Assembly: GCA_963730185.1 (NCBI GenBank)
Contig: CAVSQW010000005.1
Location: forward strand, 101,777-165,776
Direction of reading: 5' to 3'
Length of the DNA: 64,000 nucleotides
Origin: an uncultured Gemmatimonadales bacterium
GTDB taxonomy: Bacteria > Gemmatimonadota > Gemmatimonadetes > Gemmatimonadales > GWC2-71-9
Shown here: one piece after another, positions 10,297 through 20,813 of the stretch
Layout: every line of letters starts with the position of its first letter
How positions within the stretch are numbered: the first letter of the stretch is position 1
Notes under the pieces: model-generated
What the model was told of the DNA's origin: nothing
Database searches by the model: none
The model's input: only the letters and a program-made list of their open reading frames with translations
Made by a program: the position numbers and the translations under genes

Positions 10297-10904
10297 CGCT
10301 GGCTCCGATCGGCGGTGGACCTCGGAAGGTAGGGCCGGAGCGCCACGTCCACCGCCCCATCCAGGCGTTCCCGGGCGGTGCCGATCCGATCGATGGCCCA
10401 CCGGAGCAGCGTGCCGGTCGCGAGGGTCAGCAACACGGGCGACAGGGCCGGCGGATCGCACGGAGTCAGCTCGCCCTGGTCCACCGCTTGGCGGAGCAGC
10501 CCGGCGATGGTCGCCTCCTGATCGCGCAGCAGCTGATCGGCGAGCGGGCGGAGCGCGGGATCGCTCACGTCCTGATGGAAGAAGGCCAGGTGGTTCGCCA
10601 TCTCCTCCGGCGTGGCCGCCATGGCGGCAAAGCAACCGAGGTAGGCCCTGAGGGTGGCGAGGGGACCTTCGTGCCTGGCCCTGAGGCCGGCGACGAGGGC
10701 CTCGTCGCCCCCCAAGCTGCTCCGAGCAAACGCGATGAACAGCTCGCGCTTGGACCCGAAGCGCTGCACCAGGGTGGCCGGCGCCAACCCCACCTCGTTG
10801 GCGACCCGACCAAGGGTGAGCTTGGTCGGCCCCGCGCGGGCACCCACGCGGGCCACCGCGGCGAAGATGGCGGCGTCATCGACGGTGCGGGGGCGGGGGG
10901 ACAC
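10293..10904 (-). CDS. TetR/AcrR family regulator
   Basis: LTLGRVANEVGLAPATLVQRFGSKREL HTH. Confidence 0.92.
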   Translation of the reverse strand: MSPRPRTVDDAAIFAAVARVGARAGPTKLTLGRVANEVGLAPATLVQRFGSKRELFIAFARSSLGGDEALVAGLRARHEGPLATLRAYLGCFAAMAATPEEMANHLAFFHQDVSDPALRPLADQLLRDQEATIAGLLRQAVDQGELTPCDPPALSPVLLTLATGTLLRWAIDRIGTARERLDGAVDVALRPYLPRSTADRSQR

Positions 10905-10934
10905 TTGCGGCTCCGGAGAGGGCGAATCAGATTA

Positions 10935-10952
10935 TAACCGAACATTCGTTTA
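10935..10952. promoter_or_regulatory. putative TetR operator in divergent promoter
   Basis: AT-rich imperfect palindrome TAACCGAAC|ATTCGTTTA (7 of 9 bp) between divergent TetR and SDR genes. Confidence 0.65.
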
Positions 10953-10980
10953 CATACAATCAAGACTGGAAAAGGTCGTC

Positions 10981-11505
10981 ATGGGAACCCTCACCGGGAA
11001 GGTCGCCGTCGTCGCCGGAGCCACCCGGGGTGCTGGTCGAGGCATTGCCCGGGGGCTCGGCGAGGCCGGCGCCACGGTGTACTGCACCGGTCGAAGCACC
11101 AAGGGGCAACCCTCGCCCTACCAGCGGCCGGAAACGATCGAGGAAACCGCGGAGATGGTCACAGCCATCGGCGGCACCGGTATCGCCGTGAAGGTGGATC
11201 ACGGTCAGGAGGCCGAGGTCGAGGCGTTGTTCCAGCGGGTCGAGGCGGAGCAGGGCCGGCTGGACCTGCTGGTCAACTCGATCGCCGGCGAGGATCCGCT
11301 GCTCGGCGGCTGGACCTCCCTCTGGGAGACCGATCTCGGCCAAGGCGCCGAGGCGCTCCGGAACACCATTCTCACCCACGTCATCACCGCGAAACACGCC
11401 GCTCGGCTGATGATGAAGCAGGGTAGAGGTCTGATCGTCGAGGTCACCGAGCACGACCTGCTGGGCGGCGGCGGCAACGTGCTGGGCGACCTGGCAAAGG
11501 CGTCG
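10981..11505 (+). pseudogene. SDR oxidoreductase, C-terminally truncated
   Basis: GKVAVVAGATRGAGRGIA and GRLDLLVN; similarity ends near DLAKA (~175 codons), then the frame runs into non-homologous sequence. Confidence 0.7.
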
Positions 11506-11641
11506 AAACCGATCAACGGCGTGACCCCTCGCGGGCTGGACGGGCCGGGATCACGGGCAGGTCACGGTCCCGGACTAGTGTGGGGATGGATCGCGGCGCC
11601 ATTCCGGACCCCGATCCAGTCGCGAACCGCCGGAGCGCACC

Positions 11642-12277
11642 ATGAGACGCATCCTGATCGTCGCCACCGTGCTGACCGGGCTGGCCGGACGGCTCGCCGG
11701 GCAGGTCCCGGCGAGCGGACCGGACCGGTTCTGCTTTCGGGGCCAGCCGAGGGAGGCGTGCCGAGGCTTCATGATTACTGAGACGGCCTACAGCTTCCGG
11801 CCCTCGCGCAACCCGCTCATCACCACGGCCCCCGGTGGGGTGGTCCTGCCCTCGGTCGAGCTGGGGGCGATGCGCAACCTGAGTGACCGGGTCGCGATCG
11901 GCGGATCGGTCGGCGCCGGCTTCCTCGGTGATGTCTACCTGGCGGTCAAGCCGAGGCTTCGGGTTTGGCTCTCGCCCGAGTGGGCGGCGGACGTCTCCGC
12001 GGGGTACCTGGTCAAGCACTCGTACGGCGTTTCGAACCTCACGGGCGACGTCTCGATCATGTTCCGCGACCAGTTGGGGGTCACCGCCCAGGCGTTCGTC
12101 GTGCCCGTCACCACCTATCGCCCGGAAGGCTACCTCACCAGGGACCAGCTCACCGTCTACCTCGGCGTCCGGTTCGGCTCCAAGCTCGGCGTCGCCGGGG
12201 CCATCGGCGATGCCACCGCATTCCTCGCGGTGCTCGGCGTCTACCTCATCGCCTGCGGCCGCGGCGGATGTGACTGA
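11642..12277 (+). CDS. hypothetical exported protein, possible small outer-membrane beta-barrel
   Basis: signal peptide, alternating amphipathic strands, hydrophobic C-terminal segment. Confidence 0.6.
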   Translation: MRRILIVATVLTGLAGRLAGQVPASGPDRFCFRGQPREACRGFMITETAYSFRPSRNPLITTAPGGVVLPSVELGAMRNLSDRVAIGGSVGAGFLGDVYLAVKPRLRVWLSPEWAADVSAGYLVKHSYGVSNLTGDVSIMFRDQLGVTAQAFVVPVTTYRPEGYLTRDQLTVYLGVRFGSKLGVAGAIGDATAFLAVLGVYLIACGRGGCD

Positions 12278-12283
12278 CTCGGC

Positions 12284-13813
12284 TCACCGGGTGCGATCGA
12301 ACGTCGCGGTCACCCACAGGTAGAGGTCGAGTCGCGCCGCGCGGCGGTCGCCATCGATCGTGAAGTTGAGGTAGTTGGCGCCCCGGGCAGGGTTCCGCCA
12401 GTGCGCTTGGAAGGTGTCATACTGGACGGGCTCGAGCTCGCCCTCGAACTCGGTGCCATAGCGGAGCACCAGCTTGCCATTCTCGAGCCGGACGGTCGCG
12501 TCGCCCCAGGCGTCGTGATGATAGGTCCCGACGTACCGGGCCAGCGGCAGGGTGGGCGACGTGCCCGTCACCCGTCTCGCGGCCATCGTCGCCTTCTCGG
12601 CGGCTTCCGCGGCGTCGATCGCCTTCCGGGTCGCCTCGAAGTAGCGGCCGCTCCAGTCGGCCGGTGGCCGGCCCAGGGCCGCATCGACGACTCGCATCAT
12701 CAGGGCGGCGGGCAGCTGGTTCCCGTTCAGGTTGCTCAGCACCACCACGCCGACGTTGGCCTCGGGAACGAGTCCCACCATCGCGCTCATCCCGTCGATC
12801 CCGCCCCCGTGCTGGAGCATCAGCCGGCCGTGGTAGTCGCTCATGATCCAGCCCAACCCGTACGCCATGAAGTGGGCATCCGGACTCATCTCGGCCCAGG
12901 CGCCCTCGCGGCGGATCATGATCTGGGGCATCCGCATCTCGTCCAGGTAGGCCCGGCTCACCAGCTGATGGCCGTTCCAGGTTCCGCCCGCCAGCTGGAA
13001 GCGGAGCCACTGCGCCATGTCGCGCACGTTCGAGTTGATCCCGCCGGCGGCCGCGGTGTTGTCCATGTTCCGCCAGGGCACCGGCAGGGGCGCATCGGGC
13101 CGAGGGTCGTGCGGGGTCGCGACGTTCCCGGCCGCGGACGGCAAGTCGCGAATGGACGTCACCGTCTCCGTCATGCCAAGTGGGTCGAGGATGCGGCGAT
13201 GGATGACGCTGTCCCACGGCTCACCCGCGACCGCGGCGAGCGCCTGCCCCGCCGCGATGACCATCACGTTCGAGTAATCGAACCGGGAGCGGAGGCTCCA
13301 GGTCTGAGGTAGGAAGCGGAGCCGCCGGACGATCTCGTTGCGGGAAAGCTCCCCACTGGCCCAGAGGAGATCGCCGCCGGCGACGCCGGTCCGGTGGCTC
13401 AGGAGGTCACGCAAGGTGACCTCGCGGGTGACGTAGGGATCCCGGAGCTCGAACCCTGGCAACAGCCGGGTGACCGGCGAGTCGAGCGAGAGCCGGTGCT
13501 CGTCGGCCAGCATCCCGATGGCGGTGGCGGTGAACGTCTTGGTGGCCGAGCCGATCGCGAAGAGCGTGTGATCGTCGACCGGGGCGGGCTCACCGATCGT
13601 CCGAACCCCATAACCCTTGGCCACCACGACCCGGTCGCCCTCCACGACGGCCAGGGCCAGGCCGGGCACCTTCCACTGCTGCATCGCCGAGGCGACGTAG
13701 GCGTCGAGGCCGGCGTACCGTCCGGCGGGCGATTGCGCGAGTGCGGGCCCCGCGCCGAGCAGCGCCAGCCCAGCGAGCCCGAACCGCGCGCTCCAGCGGG
13801 AGCGGTCGGTCAC
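12284..13813 (-). CDS. serine hydrolase (beta-lactamase-like plus DUF3471)
   Basis: FAIGSATK (SxxK), LLSHRTG, YSN and HGGGIDG motifs; signal peptide. Confidence 0.92.
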   Translation of the reverse strand: MTDRSRWSARFGLAGLALLGAGPALAQSPAGRYAGLDAYVASAMQQWKVPGLALAVVEGDRVVVAKGYGVRTIGEPAPVDDHTLFAIGSATKTFTATAIGMLADEHRLSLDSPVTRLLPGFELRDPYVTREVTLRDLLSHRTGVAGGDLLWASGELSRNEIVRRLRFLPQTWSLRSRFDYSNVMVIAAGQALAAVAGEPWDSVIHRRILDPLGMTETVTSIRDLPSAAGNVATPHDPRPDAPLPVPWRNMDNTAAAGGINSNVRDMAQWLRFQLAGGTWNGHQLVSRAYLDEMRMPQIMIRREGAWAEMSPDAHFMAYGLGWIMSDYHGRLMLQHGGGIDGMSAMVGLVPEANVGVVVLSNLNGNQLPAALMMRVVDAALGRPPADWSGRYFEATRKAIDAAEAAEKATMAARRVTGTSPTLPLARYVGTYHHDAWGDATVRLENGKLVLRYGTEFEGELEPVQYDTFQAHWRNPARGANYLNFTIDGDRRAARLDLYLWVTATFDRTR

Positions 13814-13845
13814 CTGGATCGAGCTCGCCGGCCGGCTCGGATCGG

Positions 13846-14388
13846 TCAGCTGCCGCCGCGCCGCTGGGCGGTGGGCGGGAGAATGCCGTTCAAGCGAAGA
13901 TAGATCGCCAGCTGGCTGTAATGGTCCACCAGGTCGATCACGTACCCGAGTGCCGCGGCGGCCTTGGGCCGGCTCCGCCCGAACATCTGCACCTCGTCGG
14001 TCAGGTGGTCGTCCGTCAGCTTGTTCATGGCCTGGTCGCAGAACTCGAACGATGTCTTGAGCTCGTCGATCAGCGTGTCTTTGGGCTCGGTCCCGTCGCG
14101 ATCGGGCAGGGTCGCGCCCTTCTCGCCACCGATGGCGCTGCAGAGGGCATAGTTGGCCTGGGCGATGTGGTGGGCCACGAAGCCGAAGGTGAGCTGGGCG
14201 TCGGTCGGTTTGAAGCCGTATTTGTCGGCGGGCATTGCTTCGAACGCCTTGACGATGTTCGCCGCGTAGCGCGAGGCGGTGCCGCGATAGGTCTCGGAGA
14301 TCGGATTGGCCGAACCACCCGCTTGAGCGGCGAGCGCGGGGGGTAGCCCAGTCATGACTGCGAGCACGAAGAAACCAGTATGACGCAT
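13846..14388 (-). CDS. secreted DinB family protein
   Basis: signal peptide; AMPADKYGFKPT; DHYSQLAIYLRLNGILPP. Confidence 0.88.
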   Translation of the reverse strand: MRHTGFFVLAVMTGLPPALAAQAGGSANPISETYRGTASRYAANIVKAFEAMPADKYGFKPTDAQLTFGFVAHHIAQANYALCSAIGGEKGATLPDRDGTEPKDTLIDELKTSFEFCDQAMNKLTDDHLTDEVQMFGRSRPKAAAALGYVIDLVDHYSQLAIYLRLNGILPPTAQRRGGS

Positions 14389-14500
14389 GAGGCACTCCAG
14401 ATCAGAGGCGACAGGGGTGATCGCACAGTGATTTTGCCGCTCGCGGCCGGGTTGCGCAAGCTGGGTGGCCGGCGATCGAACCCGACCGTAGGTTGGGAAC

Positions 14501-15678
14501 ATGAAGGTCGCGATCAGCGGCGCCGGGGTTGCCGGGCCCTCCCTCGCCTTCTGGCTCCTCCGGGCCGGCCACGACATCACCCTGATCGAAAAGGCGCCCG
14601 CCTTCCGAACCGGCGGCTACCTCGTCGACTTCTGGGGCCTCGGCTACACCGTCGCCGAGCGGATGGGTATCCTGCCGGCCGTTCGGGAGGCGGGATATCC
14701 GGTCCAGGAGGTCCGCCCTGTCGACGGGCGGGGCCGAAAGGCCGGCGGGTTCTCCGCCGACGTGTTCCGGCGGATCACCGGCGACCGGTTCACCAGCCTC
14801 CCCCGCGGCGATCTCGCGGCGATCATCTACCGCACCGTGGAGCCCAGCGTCGAGACCCTGTTCGCCACCAGCATCACGGCGCTGGAGCAGCACTCGAGGG
14901 GTGTCGCGGTGACGCTCGACTCCGGCAGCGAGCGGGCGTTCGACCTGGTGATCGGGGCGGACGGGCTCCACTCCCGGGTACGGGAGCTGGCCTTCGGGCC
15001 CGAGGCCCGATTCGAGCGACAGCTGGGCTACCGGGTGGCCGCGTTCGAGGTCGACGGCTACCGGCCCCGGGACGAGTTGGTCTACGTCGGCTACAACTCC
15101 CCCGGCCGGCAGATCGCGCGGTTCGCGCTCCGGGGCGGCCGGACCATGTTCATGTTCGTGTTCCTGACCGAGCATCTCCGCGGACCGGACCCGACCGACC
15201 TGGCCGAGCGGAAGGCGACGATCCGGCGGGTGTTCGGGAACGAAGGCTGGGAGTGCCCGGGATCCTCGAGGCGATGGACGGCGCGAGCGAGGTCTACTAC
15301 GACCGGGTGAGCCAGATCCGGATGGACAGGTGGTACGACCGCCGGGTCATGCTGATCGGCGACGCGGCGGCGTGCGTCTCGCTGCTGGCCGGGGAGGGGA
15401 CGGGACTCGCGATGACCGAGGCTTATGTGCTGGCCGGAGAGCTGGCGTGGGCCCACGACGACTGGGGCATCGCGTTCCCCGAGCACGAGCGCCGGCTCCG
15501 CGCCTTTCTCCATGCCAAGCAGGAGTCGGCTCGAAAGTTTGCCGGGGCGTTCGCGCCCAGGACCCGGTTCGGGGTGTGGTTCCGGAACCAGGCCACCAAG
15601 CTGCTGGCGATTCCGCCGGTGGCGAACTATCTGGTGGGGCGTGACCTCAGGGACGAGGTGGAGATTCCGGAATACTGA
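14501..15678 (+). CDS. FAD-dependent monooxygenase, one frameshift near 15257-15261
   Basis: ISGAGVAG and DLVIGADGLHS in first frame; LIGDAAACVSLLAGEGTGLAM in second frame. Confidence 0.88.
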
Positions 15679-15679
15679 G

Positions 15680-15784
15680 AGGGGGTGGGGAGGGATGGGG
15701 AGGGATGGGGAGGCCACCCTGCCCTGCCCGTTTCTCCCGTCTTTCCCCGTTCCCCGTCTCGCCCCGTCCCTCCCCATCTCCCCC
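15680..15784. repeat. G-rich/C-rich low-complexity inverted repeat between convergent genes
   Basis: GGGGAGGGAT tandem units followed by complementary CCCCGTCCCTCCCCATCTCCCC. Confidence 0.65.
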
Positions 15785-18748
15785 TACTCCTTCTTCTCCC
15801 CCACCACGTCGTTCCAGTTCAGGATCGAATTGAAGATCATGTTGAACTCGCCGTGGTTCTGCCAGCGATAGATCGGGTTGTTCGAGAACATGATCACCCG
15901 CCCGTGCCCGTGGTACGCTTCCGGGATGTCGACCGCGAAGGGACGGTTCTTGAGCGAGTCGGCGCCGGTCATCAGGCCCGACAAGACCGACTTCTCGCCG
16001 CCGACGTAGCGGGCCAGGACGTCGCCCTCGTTGGCGATGCCCACCCGGAACGGCTGCCCGCCGACGTATTTGATCGGGAGAGTCTTCTTCTCGTAGCCGT
16101 AGAAGACGGGGTTGTCCATCCGGACGATCTCGCCCTCGACCAGCGGACGCTGGGCCCGAAGTCCCTGCACCGGCGCCGTCTCCACCGTACCCGCCCAGCC
16201 GAAGTCGATCGGGAGCCGGGCCGCCGCGCCGACGGCGACGAGCGTACCGCCCTGATCGAGGAAGGCCTCGAAGGCGTCGACGCCCTTCTGGCCGAAGCCG
16301 CCGGTGATGTCGGCCGACTGGCCGTACATCCCCAGGAACTGATACTTGGCGCTCTTTTGGTAGGGGACCGGCTTCAGGTTCGGCTTCTGCATCACCGTCC
16401 GCTTGCTGAGGTCCTGCTCGGCCACCAGAATCACGTCGTACTTGGCGCGCAGCCCGCCCTGCTCCACCTGCTCCTTGAAGATCAGGTCGTAGGGAATCCC
16501 GAACTCGTCGAAGGTGAGCCGGTACCACCCCAGGTTCTGGGTTCCGCTCCACGCGGAGTAGATGGCGATCCGGGGCACGTCGGCGTCGTGCATCGGGACG
16601 CTGGGCGCGCTCGGGAGCAGCGCCCCGTCGAGCCCCAGCTCCTCGGCCGCCGCGCGGGCCGGCGCGACCGAGGCCGGATCGGTGATCACGAACGATCCCG
16701 CCGGGAACTCCATCCCCTCGGCCTTGAAGCTCTGCTCCGCGATCTTCATCGGCACGCCCTTCAGCCGGTAGCGGAAGGTCACCATGTTGTTCGAGCCGAC
16801 GTGCGCCACCGCCAGGCCGGCGCCTCCGCTCCCGGTGAACTTGCCCCGTACCGACGGCATGGCCACCGGCGCCGTCGATACCTTCAGGATCGACGAGTCG
16901 GACACCTCGACCACGTCGACGTTCATCGCGAGGCCCATGGTCCAGCCGCTGTCGTCGTAGGTGTTGAGCCGAGGATCGGGGTAGTCCTGCTTTTCGAGCA
17001 GGTTCTTGGCCAGCCGGCCGTAGGGCTGGTTCCGCTTGATCACGTACGAGCCCGCCGGGTAGGTCGTGGTGTCGACCTTGAACGCCTTGCTGGCCGTGCC
17101 CACCTCGATGTGCTGCCGCCGGAGGATCCGCACCAGCTCCGCCGCCCGGGTCATGTCGCGCTGGACCGGAATCACGTAGCCGTACGGGGCCTCGGTGGTG
17201 CCGTCCTCGATCGCGTTGTGGGTCTTGACGTAGAAGTTTTCCAGCACGGTGGCGGGAAACATCGACGCCAGCTGGAGGGCGGAGAGGACGCCGGTCTCCA
17301 TGTAGTTGGTGTTGGCCCGGCGGGTAAATTGGGCCGAGTCTTCCGGAGCGATCGGGATGCCGCGGTACCACTCGCGCTCCTGCTCGCCTCCCTTGCCGGT
17401 GGGGAGGTTGTTCCCACCGAACGGGCTGCCGCCACCACCGCCGGCGCGGATCCTCCGGCGTCCCCGAGCGGTCGAGTCCGCTTTGGTGGAATCGGCCTTG
17501 GTGGAATCGGCCTTGGTGGAATCGGACTTGGCCTTGGCGTCCTTCGCCTTGCTCTTGTCTTTGTCTTTACCACCGGCTTCGTCGAGGTCCCGGCCCGACT
17601 GGGTCTCGTACATCTTCATGATGCCGTTGTGATTGTACGACACGGAGCCGAGATAACCCGGCGACCACCCGTCCATGAAAGCGTGGGTGTAGACGCCCGG
17701 CATCCCGTACTTCGTCATCTGCGCCATCTCCCAGTCGCTGAACCAGGGCAGCTCGGAGAAGAGGAGCGGATCGAGATTGGGGTTCTGGGGCGGGCCGCCG
17801 CTGTAGGTGTACATCAGCGGCAGCGCCTCGTGCAGGTCGTGCATGATGGGCGGGTGGGCCGTGAAGTACCAGTCGGTGATGGCCCGCATCTGCACCAACT
17901 CGAGGTTGATGTCGCGGTTGTTGTCGTGGTAGACGTACTTGCCCCAGTAAGGCACCGACGGCAGACTGGCCCGGCGAATCGAGTCCGCCTTCGCGGTGTC
18001 GCGGGGTGCCGGCCGGGGTCCTTCGAAGGGCTCGAGACCGAGCTCGAGGCGCTGGTAGAACCAGTCCACGTTCCGGTCGCGTCCGTCGGCGTCGGCCACC
18101 GGCGTGATGGAGACGTAGAGATTGTTCCGGATCCGACTCACCAACGGTGACGTCTCGGTGGCCAGCCGGTAGGCCAGCTCCATCAGCATTTCGGATGGCC
18201 CGGTCTCGCCGCTGTGGAGCCCGCCCATCAGGTGGTAGTGCGGCTTGGTGGTCTTGATCAGGTCGGCCACCTGCGACTGGCTCAGGCCGCGCGGGTCGGC
18301 CAGCTTGGCCAGGTTGGCGCGGTTGGTGGCCAGGTTCCGCAGGTTCTCCTCGGAGCTGACCCAGACCACCACCAGCTCACGGCCCTCGTCGGAGCGGCCG
18401 ATGCGTCTCGACCCTCACCCGCGGGGTCGCGGCGGCCAGGGCCCGGTAGTAGCGGAGCTGGTCGGCGTAGTAGGTGAGTTTCTTGGGCGCGCCGATGTAG
18501 TAGCCGAGCACGTCCTTGGGCGTCGGAATCCCGGGCACCAGCGGGAGGTGATCGACCAGGGGGCTTCCGAGCTTGGGATTGGGCAGCCACGCCTGGTAGG
18601 CCTTGGCAAAGTCGGGATCCTGCTTCTGGGCGGGGTCCCGGGTCTCGATGCTGACCTGCTGGGCGGCGACGGGGACGGCGAACGGGGCGGCCAGGATCGC
18701 GCCAAGCGTCAGGGCCCGGGCGGTCGAGAGGACCGATCGGAGGGGCAT
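15784..18748 (-). CDS. secreted M14-family zinc carboxypeptidase, one frameshift near 18404
   Basis: GLHSGETG (HxxE), HDNNRD and DLHE motifs; VRVET|IGRSDEGREL restored by removing one base. Confidence 0.88.
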
Positions 18749-18882
18749 TGGGATTTCCTCGGAGTTGAGACAGCGGGTGACCGGAGGGAATATAGAGGAA
18801 CTGGCGGGGGACGGGGGTCGCCCCCCGAAACTGAGGCGGACCCGAGCCCGTAGGCGGGCGGAGACCCCCAAGGAGAAGGCGG

Positions 18883-20217
18883 ATGGCGCCGAGACGAGCG
18901 GGTTGCCTTGCCGTGGCCCTACTGCTAGGAGCCGGCAGGGCGGCGAGTGGGCAGGCGGCCGATCGGCATTTCTCCTCCGGCTACGCCGGGACGCTCCCGA
19001 CCGACCCGAAAGACCTGGCCCGGACCTATTTCAACGCCCCACCCATCCGCCGCCTGATCTACCGACTCGAGAATGGACCGGCGACGAGGGGGGAGGTCGA
19101 CTCCGCCCTGGCCGGCACCGATTTCAGCGCCGACGAGTTGCTCAGACTCAAGATCCTGAGCCAGACCGACGGGCGGTTCCAGATCGGCTTCAACTACTTC
19201 AGCGCGTCCGACATGGAAGCCATTCACCGGGCGGCCGCCCGGTACGTCCCGACGCTGGTGGCGGGCTACCTGGCGAAGCGGGCCGAGCTCCGGCAGATCC
19301 TGGCCGCCTACCCCGCCAAGTCCGTGCCCGAGCCTCGGCTCGCGTTCGCCTTGATCGCCGGCATCTCGCTCAACTGGGACGGCCTCAAGATCGGGCTCGA
19401 GAAGGGATATCGCCGGCCCAACCTGGTGACCGGCCCAGGATGGAAGTACAGCTTCTGGGCATCCGAGACCGTCCCCAATCACTCGTCCCGCGACTTCATC
19501 TGGGGGAGCACCACCTTCCCCGCCGGATCGTTCAACTATCGGGTCGATCCGGTGGACTATGCGTTCTCGTCGTTCGGCGACCCGGCCAGCGATCCCCGAA
19601 TGAACTTGCCGGATCTTCTCTATCTCCCGCGCTCGGAATTGCCCGAGCCGGTGCAGCGGCTCGCGGCGGCGGTCGGCTTTCACGACGAGAGCCGATTCGG
19701 CATGGACTTCAAGGATGTGCTGGGGTTCGACGTGGGTCGGCCGATCGCGACCTTGCTCTTCGCGCTCCGGCGAGGACCCCGGACGCCGGCCGACCTGACG
19801 CCGTTGGTGCCGCCGGCGTGGCGAGCGCGGGTCCCGGCGATCCTCGACCTGTTGGCCGAGGTGCAGTACCTCTCGGTCGACCGGGGCGGTCGGTATCATC
19901 TGACCATGCCGGTCCTGGACCGGGACGACGCCGTCATGACCGGGGCGGCGCTCGCCCTGAGTCGTCAGGTCGTCGAGGCGTGGCTGGCCGAGTGCTACGG
20001 GCCGATCAAGGCCGATCTGGCGGGACTCACGGCGATTCGCCAGGGAGTGGCGTACCAATCGCTCTTCACCCAGATCTGGCACGAGCTGTTCGGGTTGGCG
20101 ACCAAGCAGCTGGCGACGGCTGAGGTGATCGAGGACGCCCGGGGATCGTCGGTGCGGTACCCGGGCTCGTTGGCACTGCTTTGGCGAACCACTCTCTACC
20201 ACCTCGACGCGCAGTAG
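18883..20217 (+). CDS. hypothetical exported protein
   Basis: signal-like N-terminus, GGAG RBS, 444 codons with typical codon usage. Confidence 0.65.
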   Translation: MAPRRAGCLAVALLLGAGRAASGQAADRHFSSGYAGTLPTDPKDLARTYFNAPPIRRLIYRLENGPATRGEVDSALAGTDFSADELLRLKILSQTDGRFQIGFNYFSASDMEAIHRAAARYVPTLVAGYLAKRAELRQILAAYPAKSVPEPRLAFALIAGISLNWDGLKIGLEKGYRRPNLVTGPGWKYSFWASETVPNHSSRDFIWGSTTFPAGSFNYRVDPVDYAFSSFGDPASDPRMNLPDLLYLPRSELPEPVQRLAAAVGFHDESRFGMDFKDVLGFDVGRPIATLLFALRRGPRTPADLTPLVPPAWRARVPAILDLLAEVQYLSVDRGGRYHLTMPVLDRDDAVMTGAALALSRQVVEAWLAECYGPIKADLAGLTAIRQGVAYQSLFTQIWHELFGLATKQLATAEVIEDARGSSVRYPGSLALLWRTTLYHLDAQ

Positions 20218-20234
20218 GACGTCCCTTTCCCGCC

Positions 20235-20813
20235 ATGACTCACCCGCTCACGGATCCCGCGCTCTGCGCCCGGCTCGAGACGGACGGCGTGACCTATCGC
20301 CGGTTCGACCACCCCGCGGTCTTCACCTGCGAGGAGGCCTACCGGCTGGTCCCGGCGGACGCCGCCGGCGTCCAGACCAAAAACCTCTTCGTCCGGGACA
20401 AGAAGGGGAAGCGCCATTGGCTCCTGGTTACCAGCTGCGAGACGGCCGTCGACCTGAAGGCACTCGCGGCCCGGATCGGCGCCGACAACCTGAGCCTGGC
20501 CTCGCCCGACCGCCTGAGTCGGCTACTTGGGGTAACCCCCGGCAGCGTGACCGTACTGGCGCTCCTGAACGATCCTGGCGGCCAGGTCGAGCTGCTCGTG
20601 GACCGGGCGGTCCGGGAGCAGCCGTGGCGCTGCCATCCGCTGGTGAATACGGCCACCCTGGTGCTGCCCTGGCCGAGCGTGGAACGGTTCCTCGCGGTCA
20701 GCGGGCACGAGCCAACGGTGATCGACGTTCCGGTCCGCGCCGCCCCGGGCGGCTCGACGCCGGCGGGTCAGCTCACCCGATCGGTGCCGCCTTCCCCGCC
20801 TCGGTCTGGTTGA
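20235..20813 (+). CDS. YbaK/ProX (PrdX-like) aminoacyl-tRNA editing protein
   Basis: HPAVFT, KNLFVRDKKG, LGVTPGSVT and CHPLVNTAT motifs. Confidence 0.9.
   Translation: MTHPLTDPALCARLETDGVTYRRFDHPAVFTCEEAYRLVPADAAGVQTKNLFVRDKKGKRHWLLVTSCETAVDLKALAARIGADNLSLASPDRLSRLLGVTPGSVTVLALLNDPGGQVELLVDRAVREQPWRCHPLVNTATLVLPWPSVERFLAVSGHEPTVIDVPVRAAPGGSTPAGQLTRSVPPSPPRSG

Noticed and set aside
15685..18150. Long antisense or alternative-frame ORFs (also 20768-23719, the 26224-28389 extension, 38047-40353, 44616-47345, 48726-50363)
   Set aside because: They shadow well-supported genes and are expected in high-GC DNA; no recognisable motifs
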